This document shows, one piece after another, positions 25,769-35,681 of a stretch of 41,694 nucleotides of DNA. Every line of letters begins with the position of its first letter. Position 1 is the stretch's first letter. Under the pieces are notes generated by a model. It was not told the origin of the DNA. It made no database searches and saw only the letters and a program-made list of their open reading frames with translations. A program made the position numbers and the translations under genes. The DNA is from Bacteroidales bacterium (lineage in GTDB: Bacteria > Bacteroidota > Bacteroidia > Bacteroidales > VadinHA17), in assembly GCA_023251395.1 (NCBI GenBank), contig JAHEYW010000005.1, forward strand, positions 1-41,694, written 5' to 3'.

Positions 25769-26198
25769 AACGGCCAGCTGAAATCTATTGTAAAAGTATT
25801 ACAGAGAATTGATTATCATTGAAATCATTTACCAGGACTATGTGTTGATTTTGACAAAAGTAAATAAGATATCCTGAAAGTCAAATTTTTTTAAAAAGGA
25901 CAATAAAATACAGTACAAATCAGATTTCATAACTTATCAATTATAAAGAACGATTCTGCTGAAGACTCCCCTGTAACCTTTAACTATAAAGAATAGAGCC
26001 AACATGGTCAATAAGACGAATTCTTCAAGCCAAATCTGCCAATTTGCGATGAAGTACCTGGCGAAGCAGGATTATCATATTTTTCATCAATTACTTTTAT
26101 AATCTGATTAACAGAAGTCTTTCAGTGTATATAATTGCAGTCCTGGAATAAATTTGATTTTACACCGGTAAATAATGTTGAAAATAGAAACTTCATTC

Positions 26199-26206
26199 TA
26201 AATTTG
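26199..26206 (+). promoter_or_regulatory. Candidate Bacteroidota -7 promoter box (TAAATTTG); a second copy lies at 26149-26156
   Basis: TAnnTTTG motif 44 nt upstream of the MFS start codon. Confidence 0.3.
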
Positions 26207-26249
26207 AAGTAAAAGCATTAATCAATAAACCTGAAAGAAGAATTCTTAT

Positions 26250-27632
26250 ATGCAAACTCACCAGGACTCCAATGCGGTTAACCTCACTGCAACAAAAACT
26301 CACTTCAATTTATACCTGCTTGGCTGTACTGTAGTTGCCGCTTTGGGAGGATTACTTTTCGGTTTTGACACAGCTGTCATTTCCGGTACTACAGAAATGC
26401 TTCGTGCCAGGTTTGCCCTCAGTGACAGTTTACTCGGATTTACTGTAGCCAGTGCACTCATTGGTACTATAATTGGTTCAATCGGAGCCGGAAAACCGGC
26501 TGACCTCATTGGCCGGAAAGGAACTCTGGCGATGCTGGGGATGATCTATTTCATCACCTCACTGGGTTGTGCTTTATCATGGGATTGGTATTCATTTATT
26601 ATATTCCGTTTTCTCGGGGGAATGGCTGTGGGAGGGGCCTCAGTTGTATCTCCTCTTTATATTGCAGAGATTTCACCGGCTCGTTATCGGGGACGTATGG
26701 TCGCGATTACACAGTTTAATGTCGTATTCGGAATATTGCTGGCCTATCTTTCAAATTATCTGATTGGCAGGTTAGGTCTTGGCGAAAATGAATGGCGCTG
26801 GATGTTTGGCATCATGGCTCTTCCATCAGTTATTTTCTTCATGCTGATCTTCCTGACGCCTCAGAGCCCCCGCTGGCTTGTTGCGCGTGGCCGCTCTGAT
26901 GAAGCCCGTATTGTACTGAGGCGCTGCGGTACAGATACAGGAAGTGTTGATGACGAGATTCATGAAATTCAGCAATCAATGGACCTTGTGCACCATAGTC
27001 TGCGCGAACCGTTTTATACCCGTCGTTACATCAAACCTATCATGCTGGCTGTAACACTGGCTGCCTTTAACCAGTTATCCGGTATCAACGCCGTACTTTA
27101 TTATACCCCATATATTTTCAAAATGGCAGGTGCAGGAGTTGAATCAGCCCTCCTTCAATCAGTCATCATAGGCTTTACCATGATGATATTCACGACCCTG
27201 GCAATGGTCATTATTGATCATTTTGGAAGACGTAAACTTATGATCATAGGTTCTATAGGTTATATAATCGGCCTCCTGGGTGCGGCTTACGCTTTTTATG
27301 CAAAAGTTGAAGGTTCCTTGCTGCTTGTGAGCCTGCTGGTTTTTATTGCCGCACACGGCTTTGGGCAGGGAGCAGTCATCTGGGTATTCATCAGCGAGAT
27401 ATTCCCCAATCGTGTTCGCGCACGAGGACAGGCTCTTGGCAGCTTTACCCACTGGGCTATGAATGCTGCCATTTCGTGGACATTCCCCATTATTGCCGCT
27501 TCGGCAGGCTGGATGGCTTTTTCATTCTATGCAATATGTATGGTTGGCCAGCTCCTTTGGGTTCTACTGGTAATGCCTGAAACGAAAGGGGTCTCATTAG
27601 AGAAGATCCAGGAAAAGTTTGGTATTGAATAA
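26250..27632 (+). CDS. Sugar-porter-family MFS transporter (pentose/hexose:H+ symporter type)
   Basis: GGLLFGFDTAVISG, GRK/GRRK loops, PQSPRWLV and the C-terminal PETKG are the sugar-porter signatures. 12 TM segments. Confidence 0.9.
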   Translation: MQTHQDSNAVNLTATKTHFNLYLLGCTVVAALGGLLFGFDTAVISGTTEMLRARFALSDSLLGFTVASALIGTIIGSIGAGKPADLIGRKGTLAMLGMIYFITSLGCALSWDWYSFIIFRFLGGMAVGGASVVSPLYIAEISPARYRGRMVAITQFNVVFGILLAYLSNYLIGRLGLGENEWRWMFGIMALPSVIFFMLIFLTPQSPRWLVARGRSDEARIVLRRCGTDTGSVDDEIHEIQQSMDLVHHSLREPFYTRRYIKPIMLAVTLAAFNQLSGINAVLYYTPYIFKMAGAGVESALLQSVIIGFTMMIFTTLAMVIIDHFGRRKLMIIGSIGYIIGLLGAAYAFYAKVEGSLLLVSLLVFIAAHGFGQGAVIWVFISEIFPNRVRARGQALGSFTHWAMNAAISWTFPIIAASAGWMAFSFYAICMVGQLLWVLLVMPETKGVSLEKIQEKFGIE

Positions 27633-27692
27633 ATTTTAAAAAAGAACAGAAATTTTGAAAATGATAATATCTTTAAAAAAAAATTGAAAATC

Positions 27693-30600
27693 ATGAAGAA
27701 TAAAAGTCGTTTCATGGTCATTATTGGACTGGCATTCGTTTTGCCTGTTGCCATGATGATTATGCTAGCTATGTCAGGTGCTGGTAGTAAAGCTACTCAG
27801 TCAAGACCGGAAGGTCCATGTGATGTCTATGCTGCTGCCGGAAACCCTTGTGTAGCTGCCCATAGCAGTACCCGTGCTTTGTATAAGTCTTACAATGGTC
27901 CTTTATACCAGGTTCTGCGTCAGTCTGATGGCAAGACTCTGGATATAGGGGTTGTCCAACCTAAAGAAGGCGACCCCGGGGGATATGCCGATGCATCTGC
28001 TCAGGACGCATTCTGTGCCAATACCTACTGCTGGATCACAACACTCTATGACCAGTCAGGAAAAGGAAACCACCTCGTTCAGGCACCCCGCGGCGGTTTC
28101 AGTGGTCCGGCAATGGGAGGATTTAACAATATCCCGGTTGCAGATATGGCTCTGGTAACAATTATGGGTCATAAAGCTTATGGCGTTTTCATTGAGCCAG
28201 GGATGGGTCTTCGCTGGAACGACGCGAAAGGTACTGCTGTTGACGATCAGGCAGAGGGTCAGTACTGGGTTATTAACGGTCATCACTATAATTCGGGTTG
28301 CTGCTACGATTATGGCAACGCCGAGACCGATAGTCGGGATGATGGTGACGGTACTATGGAAACCACTTACTATGGCAATGCCACCGCCTGGTATCGCGGA
28401 CAAGCTCCGGGGCCATGGATCATGACCGACCAGGAGAATAACCTGGTGGGCTGTGTCAATCCAACTCCAAATGATAAATATTGCCCGGATCTGCCAATAA
28501 TCAACTGGCGCTTCGTGACCGCGATGGCTGACGGTGAACCACACCACTGGAGGTCCATGGGAGGAGATTCCCAGAACGGTGATTTAAAAGTCATGTTCGA
28601 TGGACCACGCGTCATCAATGATAGAAAAAGCTATGATCCGATGCGCAAACAGGGAGCAATACTTTTAGGCAATGGTGGAGATAACAGCAATGGTTCGCAG
28701 GGAACTTTCTATGAAGGTGCAATGACAGCACCTGGAACTTTCCCGACAAAAGAAACAAACCAGAAGATTCAGGATAATGTCAAAGCTGCCAGGTATGATG
28801 TACAGAGGCTGAGCCTTGCTCCGGCAAATGCAACTGATACACCTCCGGGGCTTCAGACCTTCTCTCCACTGACCTCACAAAACTCAACTGTTACATTCAC
28901 AAATACCACAGGGGCAATCATAAAAGACCTTTCCTTAACTATCTCTACTCCTAAAGGATGGAAATCCGAAGTATTAAACTCAAAAGAGTCTTCAAAGAAA
29001 ATTGCTGATCCAATAGCTCCAGGTGCAAAAGTGAGTGCAACATTCGCAGTGACCTCAGCCACAGAAGCTTTCAATGGCGATCTGGTTGCTAAAGCATCCT
29101 GGACAAACTCAAACGGGCAGCCTCAAACCGAGACAATAGCTGAAAAAGTTCGCAACGTAAGCTCTGCCAAAATCAACGAATTCCGAATTACCGGAGGTTC
29201 TACCGAAAACACAACTGATTCATTTATTGAACTCTATAATGCAAGTACAAGTGCAATCGATATCTCCAACTGGACTTTGACACAACACCAGACCCAGTTA
29301 CCTATATTTTCATCAATAAAGATCCCTGCAGGGACTAAGCTTGCCGCAAAAGGGTTCTACCTGTTAGGCCTCTCTAATTCGGGGCTGGCTGTTCCTGCAA
29401 AAAAAGGAGAGACTACCCTTTATGTAAGGAATATTAAGGGTATGTCTGTTGGAGATGCTATAGAAATTGACAATGGTTCTTCCATGGAAACCCGTAAAAT
29501 TGCAGCTTTAGGTACAGCAGCCGGTCCCGGGGAACCAAAAGCTCAGCCTCAATTTGGCGGAGGTCGTCCGGTTGAACCAGGCTCCTCAACAACATTATGG
29601 CAGCCTCTGCCTGAGGGTCCTGTAATTACTATACCAAAAGGCTCAAAAAATGTACCAGTTACAAATGTAGACGGTTTCGAAGTTGGTCAGAAAATGGCTA
29701 TTGGATATGGGGCAACTTATCCTGCTGTTTCCAGGTCAATTGAGAATTATGAAGTGGTCACTGTCACCAGTGTAGGAAAACAAGGTACACAGGCATGGTT
29801 AACTGCAGAAGCAAAAGCCGGCGAAACAAATATCAAAGTTTCTTCTGTAGGCAATATTTCAGTTGGTGATAAAATCAGGTTGGATATCGACAGTAAAGGT
29901 CATGGAATAGAAACTGTCACTGTGATAAAAGTCGGCACTCAGTCTGCCCGTAACGCTTTCAGTGGTCCATTGAAACCGGAAGATCTTGGTACAGGACTCG
30001 ATCTCGCAGAACCTCTGAAATTCAATCATTCTTCCAATATACCATTCAGTTGTAAGGGAACAGGAATAAGCTTCGAACCGGCAACAGCTTACGCACATTC
30101 GAGCAATGAACCTGTATTGCCTTTAGGAACTGGAATTACACTTGACAGCCCGTTGACAAATGATCATGCAATCAACTCAAGTGTACGTGATGCAAAAGTC
30201 ACAACAGCTGGATACCAGGGAACCCCGGTTCCAAACCAGTGGTTCGGTGGCCCAGCCTTATCTTCAAGCGCAGGCAATATGGTTCTGCGTGACGCAGCCG
30301 GAAATGTAGTCGATGGTCTCAACTATGGAGGACTTGTTGATCCATGGGCAGCCGAGGGTTATCAGGCAGCTTCCGGAGCCGGAGAGAGCGGATGTTTTGT
30401 TCCGGCACCAGGTGCAAACAGAGGTCCCAGGATGGCACCCACAACTACTACAAGTCAACCTAACAGAAGCGCAGGTCGCTACCCTGATGGTGCAGACAGC
30501 GACTTCAATTGCCGTGATTTTCTACTTCAAAACACAATTAGTCTTTTAGCTCCTGTAAAACCAGGCTCAGGTAATATTAAAATCGGCAATGTCGGCAACT

Positions 30601-31034
30601 TTACTGTTGGACAGAATATTATCATCGAGTCAGGTGCAAATAGCGAAACTGCTGTCATAAAAACTATAGGTACAACAGGTGCCAGTACGGTGAGTACAGC
30701 TACTCAGGCAGGTACAAAATTTATCCCTGTTGCAAGTGCAGAAGGTTTCAGCGCTGGGCAGGCTATAACAATTGACAGCGATGCAAACACTGAAACAGTG
30801 ACTGTTGCAGCCGTTACCAGCAGTCGCCGTCGTCCTGGTCCCCGTGGTGTAACTCCAATAGATACCATCACCGTTACTTCATCTCTTGCTATGCCACACA
30901 ATGTTGGAGCACAGGTCTCCGGTAGTGGAATCACTCTAGCCACAGCTCTGACTAAGGCTCATGAAAATGGTGCACAGCTTGCAAGTTATCTGCCAACACC
31001 GGGTGCTCCAAATCAATATTTCAGGAAACCTTAA
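27693..31034 (+). CDS. Membrane-anchored/secreted multidomain protein, copy 1: GH54-like alpha-L-arabinofuranosidase catalytic domain, Ig-like (NEW3/CARDB-like) module, split lamin-tail domain and novel repeats
   Basis: Residues ~44-375 (nt 27813-28808) match the fungal AbfB catalytic domain motif by motif: GPCD.Y..G.PCVAAHS.TRAL, FCANT.C, YDQSG.GNHL.QAP, CC.DYGN, GTMETTY, GPWIM.D.E, GGDNSNG.QGTFYEG.MT, AA.YDV. Lamin-tail-domain motifs are KINEF...FIELYN...ISNW and RSAGRYPDGADSD..CRDF. I take the ATG at 27693 by homology with copy 2. Confidence 0.85.
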   Translation: MKNKSRFMVIIGLAFVLPVAMMIMLAMSGAGSKATQSRPEGPCDVYAAAGNPCVAAHSSTRALYKSYNGPLYQVLRQSDGKTLDIGVVQPKEGDPGGYADASAQDAFCANTYCWITTLYDQSGKGNHLVQAPRGGFSGPAMGGFNNIPVADMALVTIMGHKAYGVFIEPGMGLRWNDAKGTAVDDQAEGQYWVINGHHYNSGCCYDYGNAETDSRDDGDGTMETTYYGNATAWYRGQAPGPWIMTDQENNLVGCVNPTPNDKYCPDLPIINWRFVTAMADGEPHHWRSMGGDSQNGDLKVMFDGPRVINDRKSYDPMRKQGAILLGNGGDNSNGSQGTFYEGAMTAPGTFPTKETNQKIQDNVKAARYDVQRLSLAPANATDTPPGLQTFSPLTSQNSTVTFTNTTGAIIKDLSLTISTPKGWKSEVLNSKESSKKIADPIAPGAKVSATFAVTSATEAFNGDLVAKASWTNSNGQPQTETIAEKVRNVSSAKINEFRITGGSTENTTDSFIELYNASTSAIDISNWTLTQHQTQLPIFSSIKIPAGTKLAAKGFYLLGLSNSGLAVPAKKGETTLYVRNIKGMSVGDAIEIDNGSSMETRKIAALGTAAGPGEPKAQPQFGGGRPVEPGSSTTLWQPLPEGPVITIPKGSKNVPVTNVDGFEVGQKMAIGYGATYPAVSRSIENYEVVTVTSVGKQGTQAWLTAEAKAGETNIKVSSVGNISVGDKIRLDIDSKGHGIETVTVIKVGTQSARNAFSGPLKPEDLGTGLDLAEPLKFNHSSNIPFSCKGTGISFEPATAYAHSSNEPVLPLGTGITLDSPLTNDHAINSSVRDAKVTTAGYQGTPVPNQWFGGPALSSSAGNMVLRDAAGNVVDGLNYGGLVDPWAAEGYQAASGAGESGCFVPAPGANRGPRMAPTTTTSQPNRSAGRYPDGADSDFNCRDFLLQNTISLLAPVKPGSGNIKIGNVGNFTVGQNIIIESGANSETAVIKTIGTTGASTVSTATQAGTKFIPVASAEGFSAGQAITIDSDANTETVTVAAVTSSRRRPGPRGVTPIDTITVTSSLAMPHNVGAQVSGSGITLATALTKAHENGAQLASYLPTPGAPNQYFRKP

Positions 31035-31072
31035 TGTACAAATCAACGAGATTTAAATAATAATTATTAATA

Positions 31073-31114
31073 CTCCGCGGCTCTGCAGTACACTGAGATG
31101 CCGCGGGGTTTTTA
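31073..31114 (+). terminator. Rho-independent terminator after GH54-like copy 1
   Basis: CCGCGGC (31075-81) pairs with GCCGCGG (31100-06) and is followed by GGTTTTT. Confidence 0.7.
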
Positions 31115-31140
31115 ATTTCCGAATAGAGGAGGGTATAACT

Positions 31141-32400
31141 TTGGATACTGATAACAAAGGAACAAATAATCAGCGATCATGGCCTTTTTGGAGATGGGCC
31201 CTCACGGGATTAATCTTATTGGCCCTGGTTTTAAGTGCAATAATGAGCTGGCATTTCCTTGCTGGAGGAAGGATGGCGGGTTGTGGCGGGGGAAGCCCCT
31301 GCGAACAGGTGCTAAACAGCCGGTGGTCGGTAATAGCAGGGATAATACCTGTGAGTGGTCTGGCTGTTGGGGTATACATGGCTTTACTCGTTGCCAGTTT
31401 TTTTATTGGTCACAATACAGAAGCATCTGTCCGGCGCCTGGCCTGGGGTTTTATGCTGATCCTGGCGGGTTCGGTTGCCGGATGCGCCATATGGTTTACT
31501 ATATTGCAGAAATGGGTAATTGGTGATTTTTGTCCCTACTGCATGACTGCACACATTACAGGTTTGTTATTGACAGTTCTGATCATCAGGCAATCCACCC
31601 TGGAATTCCGGAAAAAATCAGAAGATACCTCTCAAATAAGCCCATCAAAGGTTCAGAAGATTTCTTCATCTAAAGCAGAACATAAAAACCGCTTTTCTTC
31701 TGTAATCGGACTGACACTGATCGGATTAGCACTGGCCGGTGTTCTGGCAACCTGTCAGATCATCTTTACTTCTTCTGCTCCCAATCGTGACGGTGAGTCC
31801 CAGAATAACCTTCCTGCAATAGATTATAAAACTGTGCCGATGGCAGGATCACCCGACGCTCCTTATATTGTTACCCTTCTCTTTGATTATCAGTGTCCTC
31901 ATTGTCAGAGATTACATTTTTTGCTCGATGAGGCTATTAAGCGTTACTCAGGCAAGCTGGCTTTTGTTCTGTGTCCGGCACCATTGAATACCAGTTGCAA
32001 TCCTTATGTTCAGAGAGATGTGGCTGCCTTTAAAAATTCCTGTGAACTTGCCAGGATTGGACTGGCAGTATGGGTTGCCAGTCGGGATGCGTTTCCTGCT
32101 TTCGAAAACTGGATGTTCACTTTTGAGTCCGGCGATCTTTGGCATCCAAGAAGTCTGGAAGCAGCCAGAGCTAAAGCGGTTGAACTGGTTGGTAAAACGA
32201 AGTTCGATACCGCCTTGAATGATACCTGGATCGGACAATATATTGAAAAAAGTGTTCAGATTTATGGTCAGACAGTACTAAATGGTAAGAGTGGCATACC
32301 AAAACTGATATACGGTTCGCGATGGGTCATCCCCGAGCCTTACGATACTGATGAACTCATTATGATTTTGCAAAATAGCCTGGCTGTCCCTAAACCTTGA
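31141..32400 (+). CDS. VKOR-family membrane oxidoreductase fused to a DsbA-like thioredoxin-fold domain
   Basis: CGGGSPCEQVLNSRWS (loop Cys pair), FCPYCM (CxxC within a TM helix) and 4-5 TM segments. The C-terminal domain carries LFDYQCPHCQ (thioredoxin CxxC). TTG start. Confidence 0.75.
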   Translation: MDTDNKGTNNQRSWPFWRWALTGLILLALVLSAIMSWHFLAGGRMAGCGGGSPCEQVLNSRWSVIAGIIPVSGLAVGVYMALLVASFFIGHNTEASVRRLAWGFMLILAGSVAGCAIWFTILQKWVIGDFCPYCMTAHITGLLLTVLIIRQSTLEFRKKSEDTSQISPSKVQKISSSKAEHKNRFSSVIGLTLIGLALAGVLATCQIIFTSSAPNRDGESQNNLPAIDYKTVPMAGSPDAPYIVTLLFDYQCPHCQRLHFLLDEAIKRYSGKLAFVLCPAPLNTSCNPYVQRDVAAFKNSCELARIGLAVWVASRDAFPAFENWMFTFESGDLWHPRSLEAARAKAVELVGKTKFDTALNDTWIGQYIEKSVQIYGQTVLNGKSGIPKLIYGSRWVIPEPYDTDELIMILQNSLAVPKP

Positions 32401-32462
32401 TCGGAATAGTGGCTCTGGTATAATTAAAGAAAAGAACTCCCAAGAAAAATAGAAGAATAATC

Positions 32463-35400
32463 ATGAAAAAGAAAAGTCGTTTTTTGATCGGTTTTGCACT
32501 GGCCCTTACACTACCTGTAATAATGATAATGCTATTATCTATGTCAGGAGCAGTGCGCAATTCTACTCTGACCAGACAGGAAGGTCCATGTGATATCTAC
32601 ACTGCAGCAGGCAATCCATGCGTTGCTGCCCACAGCAGCACAAGGGCTTTGTTTGCATCCTACAACGGTCCGTTATACCAGGTTATGCGCCAGTCGGATG
32701 GCAAGACACTCGATATAGGTGTAGTCCAGCCAACAGAGAATGATCCGGGAGGATATGCTGATGCAGCAGCCCAGGACGCCTTCTGTGTCAACACTATATG
32801 CTGGATCACAACCATCTATGACCAATCAGGCAAGGGAAATCACCTTTTTCAGGCACCTCCGGGAACATTCAAAGGCCCTGATAAAGGCGCATTTGACGCT
32901 ATGCCGATTGCCGACATGGCACCTATTACAATAAGCTGCCACAAGGCTTATGGCGTCTACATCATGCCAGGAATGGGACTACGTAACAACGATGCTACAG
33001 ACATCCCCATTAATGACGAGCCGGAGGGTATCTATTACGTAGTCGACGGCAAACATTACGACAGCGGCTGTTGCTTTGATTACGGCAACTCTTCGACCAA
33101 CAGCAGAGCAGTGGGTACCGGCACAATGGAAACCACGTACTTCGGTACTGCCACCGCATGGGGCAGTGGCGAGGGCCCTGGTCCATGGATAATGGCAGAT
33201 ATGGAGGCAGGTCTGTTCTCTGGTTATAACGCAAAAAAGAACGCTGGCTCTCCTACCATTGATTCCTGGAGATTCGTGACAGCTGTGGTCGACGGAGGTG
33301 GAGGCAATAAGTGGGATCTCAGAGGCGGTGATGCACAAAAGGGAGGACTCACGACCTTCTACAACGGTGTTCGCCCCGGCTCACAGAACAATAAAGCATA
33401 TTACCCGATGCATAAACAGGGTGGTATTCTCCTTGGCACCGGTGGTGATAACGGCAACGGATCATCAGGTACCTTTTATGAAGGTGTGATGACAACAGGA
33501 TATCCAACTGAAGCAACCACCGATAAAGTTCAGGCTAACATTGTAGCTGCAAAGTATGATGTACAAAGGGTTAGCCTGTCTCGTGCAACTACTTTTACAC
33601 CGAATTCCGTGCAGGAAATCACCGGAACATTCACAAATACAACAGAGAAGCCTGTTACAGATGTCAGGCTAAGCATCTCCGGGCCCAAAGGGTGGACCTC
33701 AGTAGTGTCAGGCGGTACTGAAATCTCAAAGATATTCACATCTTTAGTCGCACCTGGTGCAAGTGTTAGCACAACCTTCAAAGTCACTGCATCTGATAAG
33801 ACAGGCGCAGGCTTTCTTACTGGCAAGGCTGAGTGGAAGAATCAGTCGACTGTTGGTACCCAGTCCGAAACTATTGCCCAGCGTGTGAGGAATGTAATAC
33901 CGGTTAAGATCAATGAGATCCGCTTTAGCTCTGGTACTAACTCGACTAATCAATTTATTGAACTATATAATGCTTCAAAAAGCAATGTCGATATCTCAAA
34001 CTGGTCACTGATCAACACCCAGTGTCAGTGGGCCCCTGTAAAGGCAGCAACAATCCCGGTCGGGACGAAACTTGCAGCTGGTTCCTTCTACCTGCTAGGT
34101 TTGTCAGGCTCAGGACTCGCAGCACCTTCGATAAAAGGAGAAACAATAATCAACGTCCGAAGCACTACCGGTTTTGAGATTGGTCAGAAGATCGATATCG
34201 ATGGAGAGACCCGTACCATTACAAACATAGGATCACCTGCTGCAGCAATGACCACACTGTTCATTCCGGTTTCCACAGGACCTTGGCTCACGATCCCGGC
34301 CGGTTCGACCAACATTCCCGTTACAAGTGCAACAGGTTTTGAGGTCGGACAGAAGCTTGGAATTGACATCGGAGGTAACTTCGAACTAGCGACGGTCACT
34401 GCAGTCGGTAAAGCATCAACCCAAACAACACTTGCGGCAGCTGCTGAAAAGGGTGTAAAAAACATTAAGGTGGCAGCTAATTCCAGCATGACGATTGGCG
34501 ATATACTGACAATAGGTACCGGCGGAACAAAAGAGCTCTTACAGATCGTCAGCATTGGTACTACAGGTGCAGACGGCACAGGTATCGAATTGTCAGCACC
34601 ACTCAGATTCTATCACATGACTGGTGTCGATGTGGCCGGCAAAGGAACTGGTATAACCTTCACTCCTTCTACCCGTTTTCCTCATAAAAGCGGAGAGACT
34701 GTACAAGCACTCGGTAGTGGTATTACCCTTGATAGTCCCCTGACAAAAAATCATGAATATGGTGCCTCAATTGTTAATCCTCCTGCCACGGCTGTAGGCT
34801 ATCAGGTACCACCTTCACCAAATCAATGGTACGGAGTACCTCTGTCTTCATTGGCCGGATCAATAGCATTGATGGATGCAAGCGGTACGGTGGTTGTTGA
34901 TGCCATGGTCTACGGCTCACAGCAAAGCAACTCGAGCGCTAATGGTTATATTACCAGTCCAGAGCTGGCCACTCTTGAGGGTGACCAGAGTCAGGGTGGA
35001 TGCATTGTAGTGATACCAGGTTCTGGCAGTCGCAACAGGCCGGGGACATCCTCCGCCAGTAGTCAACCCAATATTAGTGCAGGATTATACCCTGACGGAA
35101 ATGACAGTGATAATAATTGTCGCGATTTTCTTCTCCAAAGTACGATCAATCTGCTGGCTCCAATAGAAGCAGGTTCAAGGAATATTAAAGTTGCCAGTGT
35201 GGCAGGTTTTAGCGTTGGCCAGAAGATTATCATCGGTACCGGCACCTCTGGCGAAACCTCAGTCATAGAGACGATAGGAACAACGGGAGCTACCACAGTG
35301 GGAACAGCAATCGGAGAAGGCAAAACAACCATCCCGGTTTTCAGCACTGAAGGATTTGGTGCAGGTCAGTCAATCACCATTGACAGTGGTACAAATTATG

Positions 35401-35642
35401 AGACTGCGGTTGTCGCTTCTGTTGCAGCCGGACGTCGTCGTCCCGGAGGATTCGGGAATAGTCCGACCGACAGCATAACAGTAACCTTGCCGCTTACTAA
35501 AGCTCATGCTGTCGGGGCACAGGTATCAGGTAGTGGTATTACACTCACCAAACCTTTGACAATGGCTCATGATAACGGGACACCTGTTACCAGTAACCAG
35601 CCTACACCGGGAGCACCCAATCAATATGTTAAGAAACAGTAA
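32463..35642 (+). CDS. Membrane-anchored/secreted multidomain protein, copy 2: GH54-like catalytic domain, Ig-like module, split lamin-tail domain and novel repeats
   Basis: Paralogue of 27693-31034 with the same domain order. The GH54-like region is nt ~32583-33568 (GPCDIY, CCFDYGN, GTMETTYFG, GGDNGNGSSGTFYEGVMTTGYP). Lamin-tail-domain halves are at ~33903-34130 and ~34855-35130. Confidence 0.85.
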   Translation: MKKKSRFLIGFALALTLPVIMIMLLSMSGAVRNSTLTRQEGPCDIYTAAGNPCVAAHSSTRALFASYNGPLYQVMRQSDGKTLDIGVVQPTENDPGGYADAAAQDAFCVNTICWITTIYDQSGKGNHLFQAPPGTFKGPDKGAFDAMPIADMAPITISCHKAYGVYIMPGMGLRNNDATDIPINDEPEGIYYVVDGKHYDSGCCFDYGNSSTNSRAVGTGTMETTYFGTATAWGSGEGPGPWIMADMEAGLFSGYNAKKNAGSPTIDSWRFVTAVVDGGGGNKWDLRGGDAQKGGLTTFYNGVRPGSQNNKAYYPMHKQGGILLGTGGDNGNGSSGTFYEGVMTTGYPTEATTDKVQANIVAAKYDVQRVSLSRATTFTPNSVQEITGTFTNTTEKPVTDVRLSISGPKGWTSVVSGGTEISKIFTSLVAPGASVSTTFKVTASDKTGAGFLTGKAEWKNQSTVGTQSETIAQRVRNVIPVKINEIRFSSGTNSTNQFIELYNASKSNVDISNWSLINTQCQWAPVKAATIPVGTKLAAGSFYLLGLSGSGLAAPSIKGETIINVRSTTGFEIGQKIDIDGETRTITNIGSPAAAMTTLFIPVSTGPWLTIPAGSTNIPVTSATGFEVGQKLGIDIGGNFELATVTAVGKASTQTTLAAAAEKGVKNIKVAANSSMTIGDILTIGTGGTKELLQIVSIGTTGADGTGIELSAPLRFYHMTGVDVAGKGTGITFTPSTRFPHKSGETVQALGSGITLDSPLTKNHEYGASIVNPPATAVGYQVPPSPNQWYGVPLSSLAGSIALMDASGTVVVDAMVYGSQQSNSSANGYITSPELATLEGDQSQGGCIVVIPGSGSRNRPGTSSASSQPNISAGLYPDGNDSDNNCRDFLLQSTINLLAPIEAGSRNIKVASVAGFSVGQKIIIGTGTSGETSVIETIGTTGATTVGTAIGEGKTTIPVFSTEGFGAGQSITIDSGTNYETAVVASVAAGRRRPGGFGNSPTDSITVTLPLTKAHAVGAQVSGSGITLTKPLTMAHDNGTPVTSNQPTPGAPNQYVKKQ

Positions 35643-35681
35643 TGAGGACAACCACAAGGTTTTAACAGAATTACTATAAAA

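Noticed and set aside
25995-26099. Short ORF (MVNKTNSSSQICQFAMKYLAKQDYHIFHQLLL) in the 481-nt spacer upstream of the MFS gene
   Set aside because: About 32 codons, no recognisable motif and no evidence of conservation available here. Most likely chance.
9608-26212. Identical 15-mer CTAAATTTGAAGTAA upstream of both the 9636 ORF and the MFS gene (9608-9622 and 26198-26212)
   Set aside because: For ~42 kb compared with itself, roughly one chance 15-mer identity is expected even with uniform base composition, and more in AT-rich DNA. The shared core is simply the TAnnTTTG promoter box.
28056-28547. Long antisense and overlapping ORFs inside the GH54-like genes (28056-28547, 28370-28618, 32979-33338, 33530-33826, 34184-34579, 35063-35347 and others)
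   Set aside because: They overlap strongly supported sense-strand genes. Their translations are low-complexity with no recognisable motifs. Long open antisense frames are expected in the locally higher-GC sequence.
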